A stretch of 64,000 bases of DNA from Flavobacteriales bacterium (GCA_040377305.1 JBEIPA010000009.1:64001-128000); one strand, 5' to 3'; shown: positions 1-10,288, counted from the first letter of the stretch. Numbers and translations: made by a program. The notes: generated from the letters alone by a model not told the origin.

Positions 1-127
1 TCCCACACGATCAACCCCACCGGTCGCAAAAATCACTGTGTAAAGGGTTGCATATTCCATCACCGCAATCTATGGTAGCGTTTTCAGGAAGTCAGACTAA
101 GAAATTTAGGTAAGTGTTAAAATCGGA

Positions 128-1282
128 TTAGCGAACGACAATAATCTTCTGTACGATGTGCTCACCGTTTGGTCTGGTCAAAATGCAGACATACATTGCT
201 TCGGTTAGTGTGTAAGCAAACATGTCATTCTGATAGTCGTCGGCAGCGAAAATTAATCTACCGCGCACATCAAACAATTCCACCCGAGAATCGGATTCCA
301 ATCCAGTAATAAATAAAAACTGGTCGTTGTACAGCAAACTCGGAATGATAATGGAAGATGCGCTATGGCAGTCTTTGTTAACGGTTACTGTTACCGTATC
401 GTAGTTAACAGCACCACACTCAAACTGCGACAAAATATACGTCGTGGTTTCGCTAGGACTACACATCGGATTTGCAATTCCGTCATCACTTAATCCAGTC
501 GAAGGCGACCACAAATACATAACATTGGCTTGTGGAGTAGTTCCAATGCTTGCACTGTCCAAATAACAAATTGAAACATCGTTGCCAGCGTTCACTTCCT
601 CAAGTTCATAAATGGCAACGTCATCAATGTAAAAGTATGCCCACATCCACGAATTCGGTTGTGCAATGGTATCCGTTTGATCGTCTGCATAAAAATTTCC
701 AATCGTGATGAATTGTTCGTTGCCATTTGCTCTGTAGGTCCCGTGAATTCTCACCCAGTTCATTGTGTCTGTAAAGATTGTTGCAGTATCGTATTGAATC
801 TGTGGTGTTGCTGTAAGTGTATCAATGGCTAAGTTGTCTATAATCGCTTGAGCTGATAAATGAAGTCCAAGTCGGTTGATTGCCCAGTAGGAACTATCAG
901 CTCGTGAAGCATAAAACTCAACACAGTACAATTTCCCGAATTTGAGTGTATCGGTAAGTTGAACCGTTAAATATTCCCTTCTATTATCTAGACCATTGTA
1001 AGTGTAGTTGTATGCCGCTATTCCCGCGTAACCATCTCCCGTTCTTGGTTGTTGATAGCCCGTCCAGTTTTGCGGAACAGTATTCACAATAACAGAAGAG
1101 CATCTGTTGTATAAATCAGATGACCCCGGATTTGGTTGAAACCACGGCGAAGCAAATGCAAGTTGATCTTGCATGTACGGACACGTATCAATTAGTTCAA
1201 AGCTTGGATTAGGGACAAGATTGACCTGACCACTTAAGGTGGTTCGCATGATTACAATACTAAGAATCAGCAGGTATCTCAC
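128..1282 (-). CDS. T9SS type A sorting domain protein with N-terminal beta-sandwich/CBM-like domain
   Basis: Signal peptide; NLVPNPSFE..CP..GDGYAG..REY..YFYIDDV domain; C-terminal ELFDVRGR..KIIVVR CTD; GTG start 5 nt after TATCTTTG. Confidence 0.8.
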   Translation of the reverse strand: MRYLLILSIVIMRTTLSGQVNLVPNPSFELIDTCPYMQDQLAFASPWFQPNPGSSDLYNRCSSVIVNTVPQNWTGYQQPRTGDGYAGIAAYNYTYNGLDNRREYLTVQLTDTLKFGKLYCVEFYASRADSSYWAINRLGLHLSAQAIIDNLAIDTLTATPQIQYDTATIFTDTMNWVRIHGTYRANGNEQFITIGNFYADDQTDTIAQPNSWMWAYFYIDDVAIYELEEVNAGNDVSICYLDSASIGTTPQANVMYLWSPSTGLSDDGIANPMCSPSETTTYILSQFECGAVNYDTVTVTVNKDCHSASSIIIPSLLYNDQFLFITGLESDSRVELFDVRGRLIFAADDYQNDMFAYTLTEAMYVCILTRPNGEHIVQKIIVVR

Positions 1283-1296
1283 TCTCTCAAAGATAA

Positions 1297-1329
1297 GGAA
1301 ACCTGCCCCGACTGTAGGAGCAGGTTTCC
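1297..1329 (-). terminator. stem-loop after the 1484-aa gene
   Basis: GGAAACCTGC...GCAGGTTTCC inverted repeat. Confidence 0.6.
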
Positions 1330-1335
1330 AATCAA

Positions 1336-4300
1336 CTATTCTCTAACAATTACCATTCGATCAGACTTAAGCATTTCTCCTTGAGTGCGTACGCAATATA
1401 TATACGTTCCAGAAGGAAGATAAGATGCATCGAAGGTGTAGACACCTTGACCACCTACAAACTGCCACGAGCCAACTAATCGACCAGTTAAGTCTACGAC
1501 GTCAAACGTTCCGCTTTGACCTTCGTTAAGTTCCATGTTGATTGACACAGAGCCATTCGAAGGATTTGGGTAAACGTGTGAGACAACCGGAGCAATGTAA
1601 GTAGTAGACGGCTGTTGAAGACGAACCGCGCTGCTGTCATGCACTTCAAGATGCAACATGTTTCTCGCATCGAATACTGCAGTGCCGCCGACCAGCGTGC
1701 CTTGATTGACAATTGCCATGAGTGTGGCTTCCTGCGTTGAATCAAGATTCATGCTGTCGATCGCCCATGTCTGCAAGTAAATATTCAATACAGCTTTACG
1801 ATTTACTTCAAACTCGCCGCTCGCCGTGATCGATGCTAAAAGTGTTATTGCGTTAGCAACACTTCCTGCACTGATTGAATCTTCAACATCTGCAAACTTG
1901 CCAATGTTTGTGCTCGACTCTGTGTTGTAGAAGTTCAAATAATAATTATTTTCTTTTGAACCACCTGTTCTCCATGATGGATGTTGTCTCAACATTCGGT
2001 AGGCATACACTTTGTCATGATACACATACTGCGCATTCAAAGTATCATACGTGCGTGGTGTCTTGCAGATACCGGACAGAGTATAATTGCGAATTCCCAG
2101 ATCATCTTGCGCCGGTGGCGCTAACATTTGCGAACACTGATCGCCATTGCCTGTGTATGTTGCTGCGTTCCCTAACAAACTACCCGGAAATACCGAGCTG
2201 ACGTCTGGGCTGGACGAAGTATAGTACCACTTAATGCCTGCGGCACTAACAGGGAGTATTCGTCCCGTAATGTCTTCGCTTGCTGTAGTCGTCCAAGTAT
2301 TTCCAGTCGAATACGGTGTCAGTGCAGTAGTCCAAGTTATCTGATCGTTGATGGAAACGCCGGCACCATATCCATTCAGGTAATTGAAATTCACGCCATA
2401 AAAACATGTTGTCATTGCATTGCATGCTAGTATGGATGGATTGCAAGCTCCCTTTAAGAAAATTCCACTGCCCATTTTCGTCAGAATGTTTTTGCAAACC
2501 GTATCATTCTTACAATTGGTCATGTGAATTCCGAACACTTCATCGTGATAAGCAGAAGTAGGAGTTGTTGCCCATGTCACTGTATTCTCCCGCACCATAG
2601 AGTTTGTGAGTTCTTCGAGTTTTATGCCGATGCACGGGTTTAACTGTGACATTGGTTGACCAGTCATAAACGAAATTGAATCGTTGTCGGTGATCTTCGC
2701 TCCATCAACTCTACTCACCCAAATTCCGTTACGCATCTTGCGCACCTTGTTATTCTGAATTTTTAGAGTAACAGGTGTGATTGCAGATTGAACAACATAG
2801 ATTCCTGTGTGACCAAAATTTGATAGCGCAAAGTTTCCGGTATTGTTGATCAAATTGTTGGTGATCGTAATCGAGGAACTTGTTGACTGCACGCACTGAA
2901 TGTTTGTTCCTGTGCACTCCGTCAATGTGTCCTGATTAATCAGGATCGTCCTGTTCTGACAATTCATGGTCGTAATTCCAGCGGTCATACATGAATCAAA
3001 GCGATTGTATTCACAATTCAGATTGATGTAGTTATAGGCATACGTACCATAACTGCATTTTGTGAATTTGTTTTTCGCTTTGTATCCACCTTGTCTTCCA
3101 ACCGTGCACGTTTTCGGCGTGAACTTACCTGCTACTAAGTAAACGGCAATACCATTCGGCGGAACATTTTTGGTCAAGATAGTCGTTGTAAAATATTTGA
3201 AATCGTTGTTCCAAACTTTCACATTTGATCCGGTCGAATAAACGCCATACTGTGTGCGCTCAAATAGGTTTCGCTTTGTACTGCTCGAACTATCTCCCAC
3301 AATGAATGAGTTACAGTTTTCGATATATACACCTGCCAGACCTTTACCACTTACTGGAGCGCGACAATTCGCACCCGCAAACGTAATTCCGGTGGTTGCC
3401 CCTTGTTGACCCGGTGCGTCACATGCAAAAATTGTTTTTGCGATGATGCCGGGATGCGTTCCACTATAGGTTTTGACAAGTACGCCAATATTGTTTTTGT
3501 TGAACTTACAAGTACCCGTACCACCGTCAATCAAGAAGTCGCCGCCATTGGTTGATACAAGTGCATTCTTGGCATCTTCAATCACGGTTCCGTTAGTAAC
3601 CGTAACCTTACTGGCGCTGTTCGTACCATCTACATAGATTCCATCCCACAAGTCAGAACATGCATGAAGCTTGGAATTAGTGCTAGCTGTATCAGTAAAC
3701 TCCAATTTTATTCCGGGTCTAACGATAATTTTTGCATTCGGCCCGAGCTTTATATGACATCCTTTGAATCGTGTATTCTTGTCGACGATAAAAACTCCGT
3801 TGATAGAAAACTCTTTCAAACCTGTTTCATAATATTGGTTAGAAGTGTTGTACCAGAACAACGAAGGATATGTTGTTGCGTCAACACGTGTAGTGCTATC
3901 ATTTACCAAATTCGGAAACGACAACTCCTGACCATCCTTGAACGGACAGCATGAAGGCACAATCAAATACGCGCTGCCTTGACAGCCACTTCCATCGACG
4001 ACTGAAACTGAAACGTTTCCGTTAATTCCAGTCGTATCAAAAGGAGAACCCCAACATGCATTGAGCGTTGATGTTGAACCGCCTGATGAACTGACCGCAT
4101 TGGTTGACCATGAGTATGTAGAATAGCCAGTTGCCGTTGTAAAATTAAAACAGCCCGCGCAGGTGGTCGCGCCCGATGGCGCAACAATATTTACTGTAAG
4201 CGGTGTAACCGTCACAGTCATAGTATCCTTTCGACTACAACCCGTTGTTGTGTTGGTGATCGTGTAAACGTACTGTGTGGTTGTTGTCGGACTGACGACA

Positions 4301-5790
4301 GTTGTGGAACAACCTGAACATAACGTCGAGCCGTTAAGAATTGCCCAAGAAGAACTGTTGTATGTTCCCGTCCCTGAACCTAACAACGTTGCAGATCCTC
4401 CAAGACAAATATTCTGATTCGTTCCTGCATTTACCGTAAGCGGATTTGTTGCAGGAGAAAATACAAATGTGTTGGTGATTGTACAACCAGTAAACACCGT
4501 ACTAGTGATCGTATACGTTGTAGAAGAGCTGTATGCATTTGAAAATGTTGCCTGCGTACAGTTTGGTGGATTCACACAAGGCATCGTTCCTTGTGAAGGA
4601 GTCCAAGTGCTGGTATTAATGCCTCCACTAGTTGTTGTTATAGACAGCGTTACCGGCATGTTCAGGCATGCACCCGCAGGTGAAGCAGCGACTGTAATTA
4701 TCGGTTCGGCGACAATGGAGACATCATCAATATAGTAGTATGCAAAATCGTTGAATTGACTTGTTCCATCAGCAGGCGTGTGTGCTTGTACCGGCAAATT
4801 GGAGTAAGCACCTATAGTAATGTACTGTTCACCCCCCGTCGCTATGAAGGTGCCCGAAATTTGAACCCATCCGGCGTCTTGAGATATTATACTGGTTTGA
4901 AGAATCTGCGGGGTAACAGGAAGCGCATTCCAACAACTTTGTGATGGAACTGTACTGGAAATATAAGCACCTAAATTTCCAACAGCGTATCCCGAATTCT
5001 CAGCTAAACTCACCCAAAAAGAAACACGATACTGCCATCCTGCGGTTAAGGTCATTGCAGTTTTTCCCACCACATATTCACGATAGGTCGGACAGGCCGG
5101 TGTGTAGGTAGAAGCTTGATGAGCGATTATTCCTGCATATCCACTTCCTGTGTGCGCACCTTCGGTTCCTGCAGGATTTGTCGGCACATCTGTTACTGTA
5201 CCGTTTGCATGAAATTGATCTGCAGAACCAGCATAAACGCCACCTCCAACATTGCCCCAACAGTAGACGTTATTGATCTGGCTCCAATTGTTCGGATCAG
5301 CAGAACGATTTTCGAAGCTGTTGTTGCACACATACTCGCACCCGCTGTTATAACAAGTTGTACAAGTCAGAGAGAAAATGCTATTAATAAAAGCTAAACC
5401 ATAACTAACTGAACCCGTACCGGCTTTCGTGATCTTCAAGTAATAGGTATTTGAAATGGTAAGTCCGCTGTAATCAATTGCCTCGCCGTAATGCTCCTTG
5501 CGCGATGTATCGCGAAGAACTAATCCGGTACACGTTCCAGAATAAAGCCACATTTGTCTGTAGCCAGTGCTAGAGGTTAACAATTGAATCTCACCATCTG
5601 TTCGCGTAGCCGTGAACTTGTACCAAATTGCGGTGTCGGATGCTGATAGAGAATGGTTGCTATAAGTATCAGAAATATTTGTTGCGCTTCCGCATGTTGT
5701 CTGTGACCAAACTAACTGTGGCAATAGCCAGGAAAGTAGGCACAGTAACAAGACGCGCATTTTTAGAAAAGGGTTGTGCGTTTTAAACAT
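1336..5790 (-). CDS. large T9SS-secreted protein (CBM-like domain, Ig-like repeats, right-handed beta-helix, CTD)
   Basis: Signal peptide; NNSFE..GSGYAG..REY..YYYIDDV domain; repeated I.NN.I/GI beta-helix motifs; VYPNPS..DLTGR..GTYIY CTD. Confidence 0.85.
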   Translation of the reverse strand: MFKTHNPFLKMRVLLLCLLSWLLPQLVWSQTTCGSATNISDTYSNHSLSASDTAIWYKFTATRTDGEIQLLTSSTGYRQMWLYSGTCTGLVLRDTSRKEHYGEAIDYSGLTISNTYYLKITKAGTGSVSYGLAFINSIFSLTCTTCYNSGCEYVCNNSFENRSADPNNWSQINNVYCWGNVGGGVYAGSADQFHANGTVTDVPTNPAGTEGAHTGSGYAGIIAHQASTYTPACPTYREYVVGKTAMTLTAGWQYRVSFWVSLAENSGYAVGNLGAYISSTVPSQSCWNALPVTPQILQTSIISQDAGWVQISGTFIATGGEQYITIGAYSNLPVQAHTPADGTSQFNDFAYYYIDDVSIVAEPIITVAASPAGACLNMPVTLSITTTSGGINTSTWTPSQGTMPCVNPPNCTQATFSNAYSSSTTYTITSTVFTGCTITNTFVFSPATNPLTVNAGTNQNICLGGSATLLGSGTGTYNSSSWAILNGSTLCSGCSTTVVSPTTTTQYVYTITNTTTGCSRKDTMTVTVTPLTVNIVAPSGATTCAGCFNFTTATGYSTYSWSTNAVSSSGGSTSTLNACWGSPFDTTGINGNVSVSVVDGSGCQGSAYLIVPSCCPFKDGQELSFPNLVNDSTTRVDATTYPSLFWYNTSNQYYETGLKEFSINGVFIVDKNTRFKGCHIKLGPNAKIIVRPGIKLEFTDTASTNSKLHACSDLWDGIYVDGTNSASKVTVTNGTVIEDAKNALVSTNGGDFLIDGGTGTCKFNKNNIGVLVKTYSGTHPGIIAKTIFACDAPGQQGATTGITFAGANCRAPVSGKGLAGVYIENCNSFIVGDSSSSTKRNLFERTQYGVYSTGSNVKVWNNDFKYFTTTILTKNVPPNGIAVYLVAGKFTPKTCTVGRQGGYKAKNKFTKCSYGTYAYNYINLNCEYNRFDSCMTAGITTMNCQNRTILINQDTLTECTGTNIQCVQSTSSSITITNNLINNTGNFALSNFGHTGIYVVQSAITPVTLKIQNNKVRKMRNGIWVSRVDGAKITDNDSISFMTGQPMSQLNPCIGIKLEELTNSMVRENTVTWATTPTSAYHDEVFGIHMTNCKNDTVCKNILTKMGSGIFLKGACNPSILACNAMTTCFYGVNFNYLNGYGAGVSINDQITWTTALTPYSTGNTWTTTASEDITGRILPVSAAGIKWYYTSSSPDVSSVFPGSLLGNAATYTGNGDQCSQMLAPPAQDDLGIRNYTLSGICKTPRTYDTLNAQYVYHDKVYAYRMLRQHPSWRTGGSKENNYYLNFYNTESSTNIGKFADVEDSISAGSVANAITLLASITASGEFEVNRKAVLNIYLQTWAIDSMNLDSTQEATLMAIVNQGTLVGGTAVFDARNMLHLEVHDSSAVRLQQPSTTYIAPVVSHVYPNPSNGSVSINMELNEGQSGTFDVVDLTGRLVGSWQFVGGQGVYTFDASYLPSGTYIYCVRTQGEMLKSDRMVIVRE

Positions 5791-6285
5791 TGTTTGTGTT
5801 TTTAAAAGTGATAATTGCTTAAAGAATTCTGTCAGTTTTGTGACGGGGTGTTTCCCGTTCAGTGTTGATATAAAATGTTATTCATTACCCCTCAACGACT
5901 CATCCCTCAGCGATCGAGATGGCGCAATGGTATACGCACAGCGATTCAGCTCCTTGCATGATCACAAGCTGGAACTCTGTAATTGTCTTACACGATGTTT
6001 CGTACGATCTCTCGACACTATTCAGCGGCACGGTCTTAAAATGTGACACAAGCTGAGATTAGCGGGAATTCGCCGCACCCATACACTTATGTCGTCAAAG
6101 CCTTCCGCGAGGGGGAGTGCAGAATCTCTGACTAGAGATGATTTAGAATGTTCCGCAATGTAATGCGGAACCTATGGCGAATGCAAGGAAACTTTATCAA
6201 CGCGTTAACAAGTCCAACAACTGGTGTTCTTTTGCGTATTCGCGGCATATTAACGCACGTGTAATGGTCTTATTGCCCAATCGCG

Positions 6286-6699
6286 TTATTTCTGACTCAT
6301 TCGATATTCAAAGATTCCGCTACTTTCCTCAATGGAAAACCAGAGTTCTTTTCCCTTGAGTCGCATTATCTTCATAACGGTCGCATCGGAATTATCATTC
6401 GGAGTGAGAACCATATCTTCTTTATCACTTGCGAATCTCCACGTCCCGGTTTGTGCAGATGATGTACCATAGCTCGCTATATATTCACCGTCTTTGGTGA
6501 ACTCAATGCTATTGTTTGCAAACTGAGCCGTGATATTCGTCCCATTTGGTGCGACGACTTGATCGTACTGCCATTCATTGGCGACGCGCGCCTTCTTAGA
6601 GCGCAAGCTTAGAGTAGGACCGTCTTCGTACTTTTTGCAGGAGAAAGTAAATGCGGCCAGAAGAATCGCGATCGCTCCGAGGATGTGTTTAGTTTTCAT
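6286..6699 (-). CDS. lipocalin-like lipoprotein
   Basis: Likely start MKTKHIL; lipobox TFSC; CKKYEDGPTLSLRSKKARVANEW motif; GTWRF. Confidence 0.75.
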   Translation of the reverse strand: MKTKHILGAIAILLAAFTFSCKKYEDGPTLSLRSKKARVANEWQYDQVVAPNGTNITAQFANNSIEFTKDGEYIASYGTSSAQTGTWRFASDKEDMVLTPNDNSDATVMKIMRLKGKELWFSIEESSGIFEYRMSQK

Positions 6700-6718
6700 G
6701 ATTGTTGGGTTTGGTTGT

Positions 6719-7270
6719 TTAAAAAACAATTTGAGTGCAGCCGCCATTTGTTACGGTGACCGTTCCGCTCCATGTACCGGTACCAGGAGATTGTTCCTGT
6801 GCAGTGTACGAATATGTTCCTTCTTCTAAATGGAATGGATAGCCACTCATGCAGCCAGTTGGCTGACCATTGAACGGCGAGAGTGGCGCAGGAGCTTCTC
6901 CTTGAAGATTGAGGATAATGAAATGCGATGCGCCCGAATTCCAGAACACGGCATATCCATCACCGAGTACGTGGATTGTCGTTTGTGATTCATCCTCTTT
7001 CCGACCATTCTCTGAGAAGGCGGTCATTGTCACTGTGTAAGTTCCTGCATTGCTATATCCATGTTCTGGGCTTGCCATTGTTGAAGTAATCCCATCCCCA
7101 AAGTCCCATTCATAAGTAGTTGCTTCGGTCGAGCAATTAGTGAAAGAGTATTCATAATTGCCAAGTGCAGGGTTTTCGTCTTCGTAGTCAAAACAAGCAA
7201 CAGGTTGCTTCTGACACGAGGAAAGCGCGATCGCGCTCCCGATGATCGTCGTAACAAAGTGTGTTTTCAT
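6719..7270 (-). CDS. PKD-domain lipoprotein
   Basis: Lipobox LSSC; YEWDFGDG..PEHGY..AGTYTVTMTA. Confidence 0.85.
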   Translation of the reverse strand: MKTHFVTTIIGSAIALSSCQKQPVACFDYEDENPALGNYEYSFTNCSTEATTYEWDFGDGITSTMASPEHGYSNAGTYTVTMTAFSENGRKEDESQTTIHVLGDGYAVFWNSGASHFIILNLQGEAPAPLSPFNGQPTGCMSGYPFHLEEGTYSYTAQEQSPGTGTWSGTVTVTNGGCTQIVF

Positions 7271-7316
7271 GGGTTTTGGCTCAAATAGACGGATAAATAT
7301 ATCAATTTATTATATA

Positions 7317-7338
7317 AATGACAGATATATCTGTCATT
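7317..7338. promoter_or_regulatory. perfect 22-bp palindrome, probable XRE operator
   Basis: AATGACAGATATATCTGTCATT between the divergent PKD and XRE genes. Confidence 0.7.
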
Positions 7339-7368
7339 AGTGTTCGGCGTACGAGAGACTTTTATCCT

Positions 7369-7608
7369 GTGAAGACGGATAAAAAGCTACGTTCATTCTT
7401 GAGAAAACTCGGTCGCAGGATACGAGAGCTCAGAAAAGCACAGGAAATTTCGCAGGATCAACTTGCGTATGAGTCCGGGCTGCAGCGTGTAACAATTGGA
7501 GCAATTGAGCGAGGAGAGCAAAATCCCACGACTGAAACATTACTCAACATTTCTTCAGCACTGAATGTGGAAGTGCGCGACTTGTTTGACTTTGATGGGT
7601 TGAAATAA
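7369..7608 (+). CDS. XRE-family HTH regulator (controller-protein-like)
   Basis: LGRRIRELRK..ISQDQLA..SGL..IERGEQNPT..L..IS.AL; GTG start at 7369 preferred. Confidence 0.9.
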   Translation: MKTDKKLRSFLRKLGRRIRELRKAQEISQDQLAYESGLQRVTIGAIERGEQNPTTETLLNISSALNVEVRDLFDFDGLK

Positions 7609-7627
7609 AAGTGATCGTCCCGCAATA

Positions 7628-7810
7628 TCAGTTCTTGGAAAACTCCGACCACAATACCGTCTCCTCATATCCCTTCTCGCACATCTTGTAGTCCGAAGGA
7701 AATAACAAAGCATGGCACGAGCAAATGTAGCCTGTGTCCTCATGCGCGACCGTTAAGTCGAATAGCGTTCGTCCGCAATTAGTGCACTCTGGATATTGCT
7801 TTGTTTCCAT
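7628..7810 (-). CDS. small Cys-rich (zinc-ribbon-like) protein
   Basis: CTNC..CSC..C pattern; TATCTTTA -7-like box 8 nt upstream of the ATG. Confidence 0.5.
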   Translation of the reverse strand: METKQYPECTNCGRTLFDLTVAHEDTGYICSCHALLFPSDYKMCEKGYEETVLWSEFSKN

Positions 7811-8055
7811 TCTAACTGTAAAGATAATCTATTATGGTTTCACGTTTAGAACAAAATCAGAAGCGCCTTTCTTCCAATTAGAATAGAGGCGCTTCGTTTC
7901 TCCAGAGGGGATCTAGATTTTTTGACATCACTAAATTAGGTGCGGCGACAAATGCTAGCCATTTGTAACCGGATAGTTTTCCAAAAGATATTCATATCTA
8001 AAAAGCACATGTCAGATAATTGAATTACTATTATCAATAATCAAAATTCAAGCAC

Positions 8056-8847
8056 ATGGAAGCGGAAAATCACAAAGAATGGCTGGTACGATCAGCAAAT
8101 TACTTCCGTACGCTCCGAGAACAGTTCTTTACTGAAGATGCTCGGAAGCGGAGTCGAACACTCTTAATTCTATCAATCTTAGTTATCGCACTTACACAAG
8201 GACTGATGACAGTGAACACCAAGCAAATTGATGTATTCGGGCTGTTGTTCGCAACGGAGAAAGCCTGGATCATCATTTCATTCCTAGGCATCTCTGCACT
8301 ATATCTGATTGTCGTGCAAATCGTGGAAATCACTAACGATGTTCGTCAGTGGAGATTGAAGGTGCTCATTCTTAATCTTAGTCCAGAGAGTCCCGTGCGT
8401 GAGTTGGAGAAAGTAGCCAGGGAGAACGGGACGTTACTCGATGCCGTATTGGCAGGAATAGAAAGCGACCGCGAATTGCGCAAGGCCAAACATGCCGAGC
8501 TTCGGCTTGATGATCCTCTAAAGCGAACATCGCTTGAAGGAAGAACTCTAGATGAGATGGAAGAAATTATTGAGGAGGAAAACGAATCTGATCGGGAACG
8601 AAGGAAACGATATGAAGAGTACTATGATTTTTGCAAGACGCTCAGCACCGGAGCGGATGAGCGGGTCAAAGAGCTTAATGACAGAATGCAGATCACGACT
8701 GAGATGAGCACGCTTTTCGGAGTGCAGTTTTCGCGGGTGCGAATTCTTTTTTATTTCCGAGTCGGTGAGATGATTGCTGGTTGTCTACTTGGCATCTTCG
8801 CGGTTTTCTCATACCTATATTACGTAGTCCCAATGATACGTGGATAA
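8056..8847 (+). CDS. hypothetical membrane protein (2 TM, charged coiled coil, C-terminal TM)
   Basis: Hydrophobic segments flank an E/R-rich helical region. Confidence 0.7.
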   Translation: MEAENHKEWLVRSANYFRTLREQFFTEDARKRSRTLLILSILVIALTQGLMTVNTKQIDVFGLLFATEKAWIIISFLGISALYLIVVQIVEITNDVRQWRLKVLILNLSPESPVRELEKVARENGTLLDAVLAGIESDRELRKAKHAELRLDDPLKRTSLEGRTLDEMEEIIEEENESDRERRKRYEEYYDFCKTLSTGADERVKELNDRMQITTEMSTLFGVQFSRVRILFYFRVGEMIAGCLLGIFAVFSYLYYVVPMIRG

Positions 8848-8894
8848 CAGGGTAGAATTCACTAGTATTGTTAGAACGATCAATCACTAACCGC

Positions 8895-9554
8895 ATGAAA
8901 TATCTCCTCCCTTTAACCGCACTCGCATTTGTTTTGTTATCCGGTGCGCAAGTTGTCGAAGACGAAAAGGACAACAAGCGGTGCGATAGTCAAAAGTTCG
9001 ATGGCGAAAAGCGCAAGAAAGCGAAGACAAGTATTGGTTCGGGTAAAGTAGAAGGTCCATACGAGTTTGATGCGTTCGTAACGTTCATCAACGCGCTTCC
9101 TCAAGAAGTGGAGATGGAAGATAAGACTGGGAAATATAAATTGAATCAAACAAGTAAACGTTGTAAGCCTGAGCAGCGGAATGTGAAAGTTATATGTTGG
9201 ATGTATACTTACGCACGAGAGAGCGACGAAGACTTTCATGTGATCTTCGGCGGAGATCCCGCAACTGATGATGGAACATATTTATCTGCAGAAATATCAG
9301 GTTTGCCAGGGAGCGCTGCAACGTCGTACAAGAAACTAAAAAAGGCACGAGCAGATTTCCTGACAATCATCGGGAAGGACGATTGGTGTCAGGGCTATTC
9401 GAAAGAATTGTACGACGCTCCCATCAAAGTCGAAATCGTCGGGAGCCTTTTCTTCGAAACCGAGCACGGGTGCAACTCATCCGGTCCGGCAGACTACAAA
9501 GCAAGCTCGTGTTGGGAAGTCCATCCGATCTCGAGCATAAAGAAAGCCCAATAG
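8895..9554 (+). CDS. secreted hypothetical protein, putative OB-fold family
   Basis: Signal peptide MKYLLPL; ESDEDFHV..AEI..VEIVGSLFFE.EH..WEVHPI motifs. Confidence 0.65.
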   Translation: MKYLLPLTALAFVLLSGAQVVEDEKDNKRCDSQKFDGEKRKKAKTSIGSGKVEGPYEFDAFVTFINALPQEVEMEDKTGKYKLNQTSKRCKPEQRNVKVICWMYTYARESDEDFHVIFGGDPATDDGTYLSAEISGLPGSAATSYKKLKKARADFLTIIGKDDWCQGYSKELYDAPIKVEIVGSLFFETEHGCNSSGPADYKASSCWEVHPISSIKKAQ

Positions 9555-9600
9555 CAAAGAATAAATGGGGGCAGTGATGTCATCCAACCCAAGCAATTCT

Positions 9601-9728
9601 AAACCGACTCAAGCGAACAAGCGAAGCGTCTAATCATTCCGTCTGAAAGCCTAATGGACATTCAGCCGGAAAGGAAGGACGCATAAACGAGACCGCGCGA
9701 AGGCGCAGCGCGCAAGATTGCAAGTTGC
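9601..9728 (+). repeat. imperfect direct repeat, copy 1 (copy 2 at 10564-10711)
   Basis: Shared AAACCGACT..AATCATTCCG..TGAAAGCC..CCGGAAAG.AAGGACGC..ATAAACGAGAC.GCG.GAAGGCGCAG..CGCAAGATTGCAAGTTGC. Confidence 0.9.
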
Positions 9729-9744
9729 ATGATAGCACTAAATA

Positions 9745-9770
9745 AAAACTCCGGTACGATTGCCGGAGTT
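9745..9770 (-). terminator. intrinsic terminator downstream of the 72-aa ORF
   Basis: AACTCCGG-tacgattg-CCGGAGTT with T-run on the minus strand. Confidence 0.65.
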
Positions 9771-9822
9771 AAATAATAAATAAGATGGGCTTCTAATCAT
9801 ATTACCTGACACTGCTGTTAAC

Positions 9823-10041
9823 CTATTTCTTATCGCCACGACTACCGTGGAAGATACTTCCGAATATACTGTTATCATATTCGTACGCAGTTGTTGTTCC
9901 ATCGCTGTGATGTTTTGCGATTTCAACACAAGGATCTGGGAAAAATAGATCGTTGTTGGCTTTGTACACATAAGAGGTTTCCCCATCGTCCGAAACCTCG
10001 CGATAATGATTTTTGTCAATCCAATGCTTGTCGCTACTCAT
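9823..10041 (-). CDS. 72-aa hypothetical protein (MSSDKHWIDK...)
   Basis: GGAGG SD (within GGAGGTGA) 5 nt before ATG at 10041; terminator downstream. Confidence 0.65.
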   Translation of the reverse strand: MSSDKHWIDKNHYREVSDDGETSYVYKANNDLFFPDPCVEIAKHHSDGTTTAYEYDNSIFGSIFHGSRGDKK

Positions 10042-10125
10042 AATCACCTCCATATTTAAAGTTGACTCGATTTCCTCAGGACGAGCCCTGAACCCACTGC
10101 ATTTATCAGCCCTGCAGTTAAGCTT

Positions 10126-10288
10126 AAAAACAAAAAAAACCGGATGCCATCGATCAATGTGATCGTGGAATCCGGTTCTGTGCCAAGACGATGTTTAAAA
10201 AATCGTAATGAAAATTATGTCATATCACCATCGTCATTATTGGAACGTTTCCTCGAAGAACCGGTTCCATAAAATCCAATTTTTACTG
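10126..10288 (-). ncRNA. putative leader/attenuator RNA (RNA2) ending in a terminator upstream of the 72-aa ORF
   Basis: TTG-N20-TAAATTTC promoter-like (10324-10294); hairpin AGAACCGGAT..ATCCGGTTTTTTTT at 10126-10178. Confidence 0.45.

Noticed and set aside
5900-6170. Cobalamin or other known riboswitch upstream of the 1484-aa gene
   Set aside because: Could not find the B12 box or other family consensus by eye.
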